Origin: Marispirochaeta sp.
GTDB lineage: Bacteria; Spirochaetota; Spirochaetia; JC444; Marispirochaetaceae
DNA: 64,000 nt
Assembly (NCBI GenBank): GCA_963676835.2
Contig: CAXXFF010000002.1
Span: 800,001 to 864,000 of the forward strand
Direction: 5' to 3'
A program made the translations under genes and the position numbers. The notes under the pieces are model-generated. The model had not been told where the DNA came from, searched no databases, and saw only the letters and a list, made by a program, of their open reading frames with translations. Below, piece after piece: positions 1-9,029 of the stretch (positions are counted from its first letter, which is position 1; every line of letters begins with the position of its first letter).

Positions 1-474
1 AACCGTATTGTGCCCCATGTGCTGATTATTCCCAGTTACGGTGACCGGGGTATCTGCTGGGAGCCCTTCGAAAAGTATAACCGCGCGACCAGCCGGGGGC
101 GGATTGCAATACCTTTGTATCCCAAGGATGTGAAGACCGCCATTATTGCAGCCCTTGGAGATCTGCGCTGGCAGGTAGCCAAAGAGAAGGCTCAGCATTA
201 CTGGATGGAAGAAGGTCTTACCGGACGCTATTACCAGTGGTTTTCTGATAGAAAGATCCGGGGCGATGTTCGGGAGTATTTCATAAACGATTATATTCTC
301 TGGATAACCAAAGAGAGTGAAGGCACCCAGAAACTGGACCGGGAAGTCCGGGGTGTTCTCTGGCGCTACTGTCCGTTTCCCCAGGAGCTCAGGGATTCCC
401 TGCGGAACCGGGGCTATGTCTATAATGAACTCTACAAGCGGGATCAAAACCGCTCCATGTCTGACGGCTATTGA
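1..474 (+). CDS. Partial (5'-truncated) spirochaete-type conserved protein, C-terminal part (possibly a cNMP-binding-domain protein family)
   Basis: Frame 1 is open from base 1 (NRIVPHVLIIPSYG...) to TGA at 474. Motifs GICWEPFE, WMEEGLTG and DYILWITKESEG. The family assignment is from recollection only. Confidence 0.6.
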   Translation, partial: NRIVPHVLIIPSYGDRGICWEPFEKYNRATSRGRIAIPLYPKDVKTAIIAALGDLRWQVAKEKAQHYWMEEGLTGRYYQWFSDRKIRGDVREYFINDYILWITKESEGTQKLDREVRGVLWRYCPFPQELRDSLRNRGYVYNELYKRDQNRSMSDGY

Positions 475-755
475 TCTTTTTTTCGTAAATTCCGCTTTAA
501 AAACGGCTCAAAGTATCTGTCCATCTCCACCCGCCGCATAACAAAGTGCATCATGCGGTGGTAGATAAAGAATGATCCGCCTATGGCCACCGGAAAGGGC
601 AGCAGTCCAAGGAAGCGGGTAAGCCAGCGGGGCATGTTCGCCGCCGGAAGCAACGAAAGAAGCAGCAGGGCCGCTCCGAGAATCAGCAGCATAATGATAA
701 TGTTCAGCACCGAAGCCAGGAGCACAAAAAGCAGGGTGTTGAGCTTCCTGTTCAT
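468..755 (-). CDS. Small two-TM membrane protein, translationally coupled to lspA
   Basis: ATG at 755 overlaps the lspA stop (ATGA). MNRKLNTLLFVLLASVLNIII... has two hydrophobic segments. Confidence 0.7.
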   Translation of the reverse strand: MNRKLNTLLFVLLASVLNIIIMLLILGAALLLLSLLPAANMPRWLTRFLGLLPFPVAIGGSFFIYHRMMHFVMRRVEMDRYFEPFLKRNLRKKDQ

Positions 756-1282
756 TTCTGTTCCGCCTGCTTCTGCTGGAGAAGGAAGCTTATTCCCAGA
801 AGGATTCCCCCCACAACAATACTGGCATCGGCGATGTTGAATGCCGGCCACCGTTCCATGCCGAAAAGGCCGTAGAATTTTACCGACACAAAATCAACCA
901 CTCCTTTGGGCCGGAATATGCGGTCAATCTGATTGCCCAGGCCTCCGCCTATAATCAGGGCTATGCACCAGCGCTGCAGCCGGGTCAGCTCGGTGGTTTT
1001 CCAGTAATAGACCAGTACAACTCCCAGCACAGCCAGGGGCACCACAATGAAGAGGATCTTCCTTAAGATATCCGGAAGCCCGTAGCCGATGCTGAAGGCC
1101 ACACCGAGGTTTCGGGTGTGGATTATCCAGAGGAAGTCCCCGCCCCAGGAAAAGCCTATGCTGTGGTAGGTAATGGATGCAACAATAAGTGCTTTTACAA
1201 TCTGATCCGCAGCAATCACCGCCAGGGTAAGTACGAGGGGGAGTAAAAGTTCTCTCTTCTGACGCCTATCTATGGGGGACAT
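752..1282 (-). CDS. lspA: Lipoprotein signal peptidase II
   Basis: ADQIVK, NLGVAFS, GGLGNQIDR, GVVDFV and WPAFNIAD motifs; AAGGAG SD upstream. Confidence 0.97.
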   Translation of the reverse strand: MSPIDRRQKRELLLPLVLTLAVIAADQIVKALIVASITYHSIGFSWGGDFLWIIHTRNLGVAFSIGYGLPDILRKILFIVVPLAVLGVVLVYYWKTTELTRLQRWCIALIIGGGLGNQIDRIFRPKGVVDFVSVKFYGLFGMERWPAFNIADASIVVGGILLGISFLLQQKQAEQK

Positions 1283-1358
1283 TAACGCTCCTTTTTTTGT
1301 ACTTTAATATGGTACATTTTTTGATTCCACGTTTTTACTATGGTGTAAACAGCTTTGC

Positions 1359-2120
1359 TTATAAGCCTGTGGGTATATCAATAAAAACAGTTTCCAGTCC
1401 GGTCTCTTCGGCTACCCGTTTTGCCATGGCTTCCACTCCCCAGGTTTCCGACGCATAATGGCCGGCGGCAATCATGTTTATGCCCTGTTCCTGAGCTGTA
1501 TGATATACCGTGTGGTCTGCTTCTCCAGAAATAAACAGGTCGAATCCTGCATCGATGGCCTGGCTGATGTCCCGGGAGCTGCCGCCGGAAATAATTCCCA
1601 CGGTGCTGATCTTTTCCGGGCCGAAGGGGAGAATTGCATTGCACTCTTCCGGGTGCATTTTAAGCCTGGTGAGAATGGAGGGGATATCCTGAGGTTCTTC
1701 AAATCGGCCGGAAAACCCGATGGTTTTGCCTTTGTACCAGCCGAAGGGTTCAATCTCCCTTAAGTCCATGGCCCTGGCCATACCGATATTGTTGCCCAGC
1801 TCTGCATGGGCATCCAGAGGCAGGTGCACGGCGTAAAGACCGATATCGTTCTCCAGCAGAAAACGGATCCGCTGATAGTGGGTGCCTGTGAGAACGCTCT
1901 CCCGTCCCCAGAAAATGCCGTGATGCACAAAAAGAAGGTCCGCCCCAAGCTCTGCTGCCTGGTTGAAGCTCTGCATTACCGCGTCTACCGCGAAGGCCAC
2001 CTTCCTGATTTCGCTGTTCTTTCGTTCCACCTGAATACCGTTCTGCGAGTAGTCGATGGAGGCAAAATCGGCAATGTTCAGAAGCTCTGAGCAGTACCGG
2101 TGAAAATCTTTAAGCTGCAT
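1359..2120 (-). CDS. Nif3-like dinuclear metal centre protein (YbgI/GTP cyclohydrolase I type 2 homologue)
   Basis: NGIQV, FVHHGIFW, YAVHLPLDAH and AGHYASE motifs. Start trimmed to MQLKDF at 2120. Confidence 0.93.
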   Translation of the reverse strand: MQLKDFHRYCSELLNIADFASIDYSQNGIQVERKNSEIRKVAFAVDAVMQSFNQAAELGADLLFVHHGIFWGRESVLTGTHYQRIRFLLENDIGLYAVHLPLDAHAELGNNIGMARAMDLREIEPFGWYKGKTIGFSGRFEEPQDIPSILTRLKMHPEECNAILPFGPEKISTVGIISGGSSRDISQAIDAGFDLFISGEADHTVYHTAQEQGINMIAAGHYASETWGVEAMAKRVAEETGLETVFIDIPTGL

Positions 2121-2205
2121 AGCCGGTATTATAGGGGGTGATGCCGGTTTGGAAAAGAGCGATATATGCTTGACAGCAGTTCCGGGGCCTCGCATTATTG
2201 AATTT

Positions 2206-4614
2206 ATGGAAGTGCCTGCAAATCATCCCCGCCTCAGTCCGGAGGAAGTCTCTTTTTTTATTGATCCGGAATATCTGCGGGGCATAGAAGTTCATGAAGA
2301 CGATGAAAAGATAATCGGTCAGCCCCGGGCCCTGAAGGCTCTGCGGCTTGGAACTGAAATCCGGGCAAAGGGTTACAACCTTGTAGTCAGCGGGCATCCC
2401 GGTACCGGCCGCAGTACTGCAATCCGCAGGGTTCTGGATGAGATAAAGGGTAGCCCGGAAAACTCCCGGGACATTGCCTTTGTCTATAATTTTCAGCGTT
2501 CCTATGAACCCATGGTTCTCTATTTTGCCCCTGGAGGGGCGAGACGCTTCAAGCAGCTTCTGCATGAGCTTGTGGAAAAGCTGAAGATTCTCATAAAAGC
2601 CCGCCTTACCAGCGAACTGTATATAAACCGCCGGGACCGGATTGTCTCCCTCATTGAGAAGGAGGAGAACCATATTCTCTCCAAGTTCGAGGCCCGTCTT
2701 GCCTCCCAGGGATTCGCTGCGGTGCGTATGGAGGACGGCGCAGGACTCGCCACCGATATTGTCCCGCTTATCGACGGAGCTCCGGGAGATTTTGATCAGC
2801 TTCAAAGCAAGGTTGCCGCCGGTGATTACACCGAACAGGAGTGGAATGAGCGCAGGGAGGTCTACTATCAGCTCATGGATGAGATGCGCTCCATCTTCGA
2901 TGATCTGAAGCGTGCCCGGGCCGCCATGGAAGAGGATCTTGCAGCACTTCAGGCTGAAACTATCCGCCCCTCTCTGCATTCAGAGCTGGAGTCTTTAAAG
3001 AAAGAGTTTACCGAACCCGCCTCGGCTGCCTATCTTGCGGCCCTGGAGCAGGATATTCTGGATCATCTTTTTGTTTTTACCGGGGATGAGCCCCTGGAGG
3101 ACAGTACGGGAAACCGGGTTTTTCTGCGCTACGGCATAAATATTCTCAAAGAGGCGGGGACCGGCAACAGTCCCCCGGTGATTATTGAAAACAACCCTAC
3201 GGTGCAGAACCTTATCGGCAGCATAGAGTTTCCCGTTGATCTGGTAGGACGATCAACAGTGAACTACACCTCCATTCGGGCAGGCTCCCTGATAAAGGCA
3301 TCCGGAGGCTATCTGGTTATCCGCCTGGATGATCTCCTGGAAGAGGATGGAGCCTGGCTGCAGTTGAAGAGGGTTCTCCAGTCGGAGGTTGTTGAAATAC
3401 AGGCTCCCCTGGGGCTTATGGGGCTTCCGGCCCCCCAGATCAAGCCGGAAGCAGTACATATTGATGTAAAAATAATCCTGGTGGCGGAAGAGGGTGATTA
3501 TGATCTCCTCTACAATGCCGACGGGGATTTTGCCAAGTACTTCAAGGTTTCCGCCGAGTTTGACAGCTCAATGGATCTGGATGCCGACGGTACTGCCCGC
3601 TACATGGAGTTTATTCGCCGCACCGCCTCGGGCCAGTCCCTGCTGGAACCTACGTTTGACGGTATGGCGGAGATCCTGGCCTATGGATCCTACCTGGCGG
3701 ACCAGCGTGACAAGCTTTCAACCCAGTTTTCCCAGATTTCCGACCTTATGGTGGAGGCCGACTACTGGGGCCGAAAGGAGGGCCTTGCAAACCTCAACGC
3801 GAAGGCCGTCCGGAGGGCTCTGGATGAACGGCGCTATCTCTTTAATCTGCCTGAGGAGAAGCTCGAAGAGCTTATTCTCCAGGGAGATATTCTGCTTAAT
3901 CTGGAGGGTAGTGCGATCGGCCGGATAAACGGTCTGGCTATTCACGACCGGGGATACTATGCCTTCGGCATGCCCACCCTGATATCCGCCAGAATCGCTC
4001 CGGGCGAAGAGGGACTGGTGAATATAGAGCGGGAAGTTGGACTCTCCGGAGAGATTCATGATAAATGGATGCTGATTATCGAGGGCTACCTGCGCTCCCG
4101 CTATGCCATGGATTTTCCCCTTTCCATGTATGCCGCAGTCTGTTTTGAGCAGTCCTACAGCGAAATCGACGGTGATTCCGCCTCCTCCACCGAGATGTAT
4201 GCCCTGCTGTCGGCTTCGGGAAAAATTCCGCTGAGACAGGATATTGCGGTTACCGGCTCCATGAGTCAAACCGGTGAGATTCAGCCTGTAGGGGGCATCA
4301 GTGAGAAGATAACCGGCTTCTTCAATATCTGCTCCCGTCTGGGATTAAGCGGCAGTCAGGGGGTTATTATTCCCCATCAGAATAGAAAGAATCTGTTTCT
4401 TGGACCGGAAGTACGGGAGGCGGTGGCTGAGGGGCTGTTTTCCATCTATCCCGTGGAGACCATTGATCAGGGAATGGAGATTCTTACGGGCCTTCCGGCC
4501 GGCAAGGCTGGAAAACCTGCCAAGGACGGCAGATATCCTGCAAAGACTATTAACGGCATGGTTGAAAGAGAGCTCCGTTCCATGGCAATGCTGGTGAAGC
4601 AGTTCAATAACTGA
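2206..4614 (+). CDS. LonC-type (AAA-like + S16) Lon protease
   Basis: IIGQPRA, GHPGTGRST, ENNPT, FEQSY-DGDSAS (catalytic Ser) and VGGISEK (catalytic Lys). Start uncertain (2149 or 2206). Confidence 0.9.
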   Translation: MEVPANHPRLSPEEVSFFIDPEYLRGIEVHEDDEKIIGQPRALKALRLGTEIRAKGYNLVVSGHPGTGRSTAIRRVLDEIKGSPENSRDIAFVYNFQRSYEPMVLYFAPGGARRFKQLLHELVEKLKILIKARLTSELYINRRDRIVSLIEKEENHILSKFEARLASQGFAAVRMEDGAGLATDIVPLIDGAPGDFDQLQSKVAAGDYTEQEWNERREVYYQLMDEMRSIFDDLKRARAAMEEDLAALQAETIRPSLHSELESLKKEFTEPASAAYLAALEQDILDHLFVFTGDEPLEDSTGNRVFLRYGINILKEAGTGNSPPVIIENNPTVQNLIGSIEFPVDLVGRSTVNYTSIRAGSLIKASGGYLVIRLDDLLEEDGAWLQLKRVLQSEVVEIQAPLGLMGLPAPQIKPEAVHIDVKIILVAEEGDYDLLYNADGDFAKYFKVSAEFDSSMDLDADGTARYMEFIRRTASGQSLLEPTFDGMAEILAYGSYLADQRDKLSTQFSQISDLMVEADYWGRKEGLANLNAKAVRRALDERRYLFNLPEEKLEELILQGDILLNLEGSAIGRINGLAIHDRGYYAFGMPTLISARIAPGEEGLVNIEREVGLSGEIHDKWMLIIEGYLRSRYAMDFPLSMYAAVCFEQSYSEIDGDSASSTEMYALLSASGKIPLRQDIAVTGSMSQTGEIQPVGGISEKITGFFNICSRLGLSGSQGVIIPHQNRKNLFLGPEVREAVAEGLFSIYPVETIDQGMEILTGLPAGKAGKPAKDGRYPAKTINGMVERELRSMAMLVKQFNN

Positions 4615-4727
4615 GTATCTTTTTGATTGCCTGAGTGAAACTTTTGGCCGATACTGTTATTATCATACTATACTGCCGTTCCAGCTTCCGGACATCGGAT
4701 CCCTGTGCTTGTCGGTATATTTTTTAG

Positions 4728-6218
4728 GTGGCTAAGGTTATGTCAAAAGCAGTAGATGTTGAAAAAATCAAACGCGCAGCCAGGAATTCAATTCCAATCT
4801 CCATAAAGACCTTTACCCTTCCCCATGAGACTGAAGAGTATATGGAACGGATTCTGGAAGTCTTTCTGGATGAGTTCGGTCAGGATCAGCTGACTGCCCG
4901 TATCGGCTACTGCATGAAAGAGCTTGCGGTAAACGCCAAGAAGGCCAATACAAAGCGTATCTATTTTCAGGAAAAAAACCTCGATATAAATGACCCCAAA
5001 CAGTATGAAAAGGGTATGGAGAGTTTCAAGCAGGAAACCCTCGACAATATTGATTTCTACCTTCAAAAGCAGAAGGAAGCAGGACTCTACGTAAAGGTTG
5101 TGTATCATTCCCAGGGCAACTCCTTTACTATGAGCATCCGCAACAACAGCCGTATTTCCCGCAAGGAGCAGATCCGGGTATATGACAGAATCGCCCGTTC
5201 CCGAGCCTTCGATTCCATGGAAGAGGCTCTCTCCTCCGTGCTTGACGATTCCGAAGGTGCCGGTCTGGGTATTGTTATTCTGGTGCTTATGCTTAAAAAG
5301 ATGGGGCTCGATGAGGATGCCTTCGATATCGATGTAGAAGGGGACGAGACGGTTGCCCGTATAACCCTGCCCTTTTCTGCCATTCACCTCGAAAACGTCA
5401 AGGAACTTTCCCGGGAAATTGTTAACGAGATTGATGAGCTTCCCCAGTTTCCCGACAACATTGTCTATCTTCAGAAACTTATCAGCGATCCCGATTCTGA
5501 AATTTCCGATATTGCCCGTCAGATCAGTACCGACCCATCTCTCACCGCCGATCTCCTGAAGCATGTTAACTCGGCCCAGTTTATGCTGCCCAAGCGGGTG
5601 GATAATATTGTCGAGGCGGTCAAGCTGGTCGGTTTCCGGGGTATCAAGAACCTGCTCTACTCATACGGAACCCAGAAAATACTGGACAGCAGTCAGCGCT
5701 GGCTCTGGGATCACAGTTACCGGGCGGCTTTCTATGCCTATAATCTGGCAAAGAACTTCAAGCGCCGGAAAGATCTGCTGGATGATGCCTATGTAGGCGG
5801 AATCCTTCACGATATGGGTAAAATTATCTTCTCCAATGTGCATCCCCACCTGATGGACCGCATTCAGGGCTTCTGTGTCGACCGCAGTATAAACCGTGAC
5901 TTCATAGAGGACCTCAGTGCCGGACTCAACCATGCGGAGATTGGTGCCCTTATTGCGGAAAAATGGAATTTCCCCGTCTCCCTTATTGAGGCTATCCGTT
6001 TCCACCATGAACCCGCGGATTGTCACCCGGAATTCAAGGATGTGGTCTACACCGTCTATCTGGCCAATGCCCTCTGCGATTTTGAGAAAGGCGATATAGA
6101 GTTTGACCAGCTGGTTCCGGAAGTTCTCAAGGACTTCGGTTTTTCTTCGGAGGAACAGTTCCGCATGGTTCAGAACAAGCTTTCCACCGCTTTCAGCGAC
6201 GAGCGCAACAAGGTTTAA
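4728..6218 (+). CDS. HDOD-domain protein with N-terminal GHKL/HATPase-like region
   Basis: LPQFP, DPSLTADLLKHVNS, LWDHS, GILHDMGK and HAEIGALIAEKWNFP (HDOD). N-terminal KELAVNA and SEGAGLG. Confidence 0.88.
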   Translation: MAKVMSKAVDVEKIKRAARNSIPISIKTFTLPHETEEYMERILEVFLDEFGQDQLTARIGYCMKELAVNAKKANTKRIYFQEKNLDINDPKQYEKGMESFKQETLDNIDFYLQKQKEAGLYVKVVYHSQGNSFTMSIRNNSRISRKEQIRVYDRIARSRAFDSMEEALSSVLDDSEGAGLGIVILVLMLKKMGLDEDAFDIDVEGDETVARITLPFSAIHLENVKELSREIVNEIDELPQFPDNIVYLQKLISDPDSEISDIARQISTDPSLTADLLKHVNSAQFMLPKRVDNIVEAVKLVGFRGIKNLLYSYGTQKILDSSQRWLWDHSYRAAFYAYNLAKNFKRRKDLLDDAYVGGILHDMGKIIFSNVHPHLMDRIQGFCVDRSINRDFIEDLSAGLNHAEIGALIAEKWNFPVSLIEAIRFHHEPADCHPEFKDVVYTVYLANALCDFEKGDIEFDQLVPEVLKDFGFSSEEQFRMVQNKLSTAFSDERNKV

Positions 6219-6262
6219 ATTAAGAGCCGCCCTGAAATCCCTTCGTGGCATGAAGAAAATAC

Positions 6263-6291
6263 TTGACATCTCTATATATAAATTATAATAT
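6263..6291 (+). promoter_or_regulatory. Sigma-70-type promoter of glutaredoxin gene
   Basis: TTGACA at 6263-6268, 17-bp spacer, TAATAT at 6286-6291 (TATAAT at 6284). Confidence 0.65.
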
Positions 6292-6322
6292 ATAAAGTAT
6301 ATTATAGATAGCGGAGGGCGTT

Positions 6323-6553
6323 ATGGCTGTAAAGATCTATACAACACCAAGCTGCGTGTATTGCACAAAGGCAAAACAGTATTTCAGGGAGAACAGTATC
6401 CCTTTTACCGAGTTTAATGTTGCACAGGACCTGAGAAGGGCGGAAGAGATGGTAAAGAAATCGGGACAGATGGGTGTTCCGGTTGTTGATGTAAACGGAA
6501 GAATTATAGTCGGCTTCAATCAGCCTGAAATAGAAAAAGCTCTGCACCGCTGA
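6323..6553 (+). CDS. Glutaredoxin-like protein (NrdH/YruB family)
   Basis: YTTPSCVYC, GQMGVPV and IIVGF motifs; GGAGG SD. Confidence 0.93.
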   Translation: MAVKIYTTPSCVYCTKAKQYFRENSIPFTEFNVAQDLRRAEEMVKKSGQMGVPVVDVNGRIIVGFNQPEIEKALHR

Positions 6554-6577
6554 GGCACTTAAGGCGGGAGACAATGG

Positions 6578-6604
6578 ACCGGCGGGGAAACCTGCCGGTT
6601 TTTT
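6578..6604 (+). terminator. Rho-independent terminator
   Basis: accggcggg-gaaa-cctgccggt followed by a T-tract. Confidence 0.85.
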
Positions 6605-7433
6605 ATTGCTTATATTCACTCCAGCGCTGCATGGCTATACCGGCGGCAACCCCCACATTCAGCGAGGCCTTGGCGCCTCCCATGGGAATGGTCACCCGGA
6701 TATCCGCAGTTTCCAGCGCCTCTTCTGTAACCCCCCACTCTTCATTTCCCAGGATTAAAAGCCCTCCGGGGCTGAACTCAATATTGCCCACAGGGGTACC
6801 TCCTGTCTCGAGGGCCATGATGGTGCATTCTCTGTTTTCGTTTGCTGCAGCTCTCCTTACAGATTCAACGGCCTCTTTCAGGGAGCAGACAGTCCAGGGG
6901 ATTATCTCAGCTGTTCCCATGGCGCTGCGGCTTGCCCTGGGCTGATCCGGGGCCGGGGTGGCCGGGGAGAGGTAGATTTGGCGGATACCGAAGGCATCGG
7001 CACTGCGGAAAATGGATCCCACGTTGAAGGGTGAGCGCAGATCTTCAAGATAGAGTGCCGCAGGCCGGGTGTGACGTGCTTCCGGGTCCAGGCTACTGGT
7101 TTCCGCTATGCGCAGGTCCCAGTCGGCCAGAGGAGTGCCCAGTTCGTCAAACAGGAGCATTGCGAGAACACCACAGGAGCGGCCCCATGTGTCAGGTGCT
7201 TCCCGGGCCAGGGAGAGTTTTTCTCTCCGCACTTCCGCTTCAAGACCGGAGGCAAGCCTGCGGATCTGTTCGTCCGTATCGGATTTATCGATTATTGAGC
7301 AGAGCCCGGCCAGGTAGAAGCTGTCCACCATTTGTCTGAGGCGTATCTGTTCCTCAAAGCTGCGCATAAGTAAGGCGCATTTTTTCAGCCGTCCCCTGGT
7401 GGGAAGACTTTCAAGTTTACGCAGTGCAATCAT
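6603..7433 (-). CDS. TrmH/SpoU family RNA methyltransferase
   Basis: LEDLRSPFNVGSIFRSADAFG, LGNEEWG and IPMGGAKASLNVGVAAGI. Confidence 0.92.
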   Translation of the reverse strand: MIALRKLESLPTRGRLKKCALLMRSFEEQIRLRQMVDSFYLAGLCSIIDKSDTDEQIRRLASGLEAEVRREKLSLAREAPDTWGRSCGVLAMLLFDELGTPLADWDLRIAETSSLDPEARHTRPAALYLEDLRSPFNVGSIFRSADAFGIRQIYLSPATPAPDQPRASRSAMGTAEIIPWTVCSLKEAVESVRRAAANENRECTIMALETGGTPVGNIEFSPGGLLILGNEEWGVTEEALETADIRVTIPMGGAKASLNVGVAAGIAMQRWSEYKQ

Positions 7434-7451
7434 AGGCCTGTCATGGACCTA

Positions 7452-8597
7452 TCATAGGGAATCGCGGAGAAGCTTGAGTATTCCTGCTTCATTCAGCGGT
7501 ACAGGCATGCCGTCATTAAGGCCGGACTCGGTTACCGCTGTTGCCAGAACGGGAAGATCATTCTCCTGTATACCGTAATCGCTCAGACGCAGGGGCAGCT
7601 TCAGGGAGTCGATGCTGCGGCGCAGCGATCCGATAACCCGGTCGGCAGCCTCGGAGGTTCGCATCCCCCGGGTGTCTTCCTCCAGAATCGGCGCCATGCG
7701 GGCGATTTTCTCCGGGCATGCCTCTCTGCCGTATTCCAGGATTGCCGGCAGAATCACTGCGGCAATGCCGGATTTCGGCACCCTGAAGAGGCCGCTGGCG
7801 CAGATTGAAATCGCTGTCCCCGCACCGGGGCTGCCCATGGTAAGGCCCACAGCTGACAGAAGGCCCCCCTGGTGGGCTTTTATTTCCACCTCCGGGGAGT
7901 CGTGTCGTCTGAACTCTTTGATATAATCAACAAGACGGCCGATGGAACGCAGCAGAAGGGTGGATGACATAAAGTTGGTTCTGCTTGAGAAGAAGCCTTC
8001 CAGGCTGTGGAGAAGGGTATCCAGTACGGTGGCGGCGGCGATCTGGCTGCTTATCTCGGTACTGAATGCAGGATCCATTACCACAAGCTGCGGGGCAGCC
8101 CCTTCAGCGGTAAAAACCCGGCTGGCTCTGTTGCGGGCGTCGGTCAGATAGAAGCTGTTTCCCAGCATAAAAGGGTTTCTGCAGGTTGTGGGCAGCTCTA
8201 TATAGGGATAGACCGGCCGGGTGAGTCCCTGTCCGGTTATAAGGCTGTCATAGTCAAAAATTGATGAACCCGCTGCAGCAATAGCCTTTGCCAGAGAGAG
8301 TGTCCTTACCCCTCCCATACCTATGATCATTTCCACATGGGCCGATTTTGCCAGGTCGAGACAGTTTTCCCCCGCCTTACTGGTGGTTTCTGTCGTTACT
8401 TCGCTAAAGGTTATTGTCTCCACACCGTTGCGGTTCAAGAGGCGCTGCACATCACTCAGTCGTGTTGATCCATGCAGAATGGAGTCTGCAATGAGCAGGG
8501 CTCTGGTGCCGATTTTTCTGGTAGCCGGGCCAATCTGAAGTCGGCTGTCTCTTCCGAAGTGTACCTTGCCCGGTATGTGGAGGAATAGGGAATCCAT
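7452..8597 (-). CDS. Iron-containing alcohol dehydrogenase-like protein (degenerate metal/NAD motifs)
   Basis: IPGKVHFG, LPTT, VMDP, LDTLLHSLEG and LPLRLSDYGI are typical of the Fe-ADH fold. Confidence 0.8.
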   Translation of the reverse strand: MDSLFLHIPGKVHFGRDSRLQIGPATRKIGTRALLIADSILHGSTRLSDVQRLLNRNGVETITFSEVTTETTSKAGENCLDLAKSAHVEMIIGMGGVRTLSLAKAIAAAGSSIFDYDSLITGQGLTRPVYPYIELPTTCRNPFMLGNSFYLTDARNRASRVFTAEGAAPQLVVMDPAFSTEISSQIAAATVLDTLLHSLEGFFSSRTNFMSSTLLLRSIGRLVDYIKEFRRHDSPEVEIKAHQGGLLSAVGLTMGSPGAGTAISICASGLFRVPKSGIAAVILPAILEYGREACPEKIARMAPILEEDTRGMRTSEAADRVIGSLRRSIDSLKLPLRLSDYGIQENDLPVLATAVTESGLNDGMPVPLNEAGILKLLRDSL

Positions 8598-8686
8598 GAA
8601 CAGAGTATAGTATGTGCGGCGGTTTTTAGCAAAAGGATAGAAAAGATGATCCGGTAAAAAGTAACGGAAAAACGGTGAACAGGCAT

Positions 8687-8718
8687 AAAAAAAGGCCTTT
8701 TCGAATGAGAAAAGGCCT
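8687..8718 (-). terminator. Rho-independent terminator after flgM
   Basis: aggccttttc/gaaaaggcct 10-bp stem. The A-run at 8687-8692 gives a U-tract on the minus strand. Confidence 0.85.
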
Positions 8719-8738
8719 GTAATCAGAGTGGTGAAAAA

Positions 8739-9026
8739 TTATTCGAGACCGAAGTTCTTCATAATATTATCTGCAAGCATATCAATAACTGAATCATTGA
8801 TGTAATTCGGGTCTTCCAGTTTGCGCTTTACCTCTTCAACCCGGTCCATGCGGATGTCGGCGCTGTTTTTCACAGCTTCGCTGGCCTGATACAGTTCCGC
8901 CAGGTTTTTTGCTTCGGAAGAGACATTTACCGAATCTTTCTCGGTGCTCTTCTGCGGTTTAGAGGTTTTGCTGCCCTTATTAAGCTTTGAGATCGAATCT
9001 ATCGGTCCAAGACCCTCAATAGTCAT
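8739..9026 (-). CDS. flgM: Anti-sigma-28 factor FlgM
   Basis: 95 aa with DSVNVSSEA and DIRMDRVEEVKRKL...Y signatures. Confidence 0.85.
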   Translation of the reverse strand: MTIEGLGPIDSISKLNKGSKTSKPQKSTEKDSVNVSSEAKNLAELYQASEAVKNSADIRMDRVEEVKRKLEDPNYINDSVIDMLADNIMKNFGLE

Positions 9027-9029
9027 AGT

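Noticed and set aside
4628..4654. Sigma-28 promoter for the HDOD gene (GCCGATAC at 4647)
   Set aside because: No acceptable -35 element at 15-16 nt spacing.
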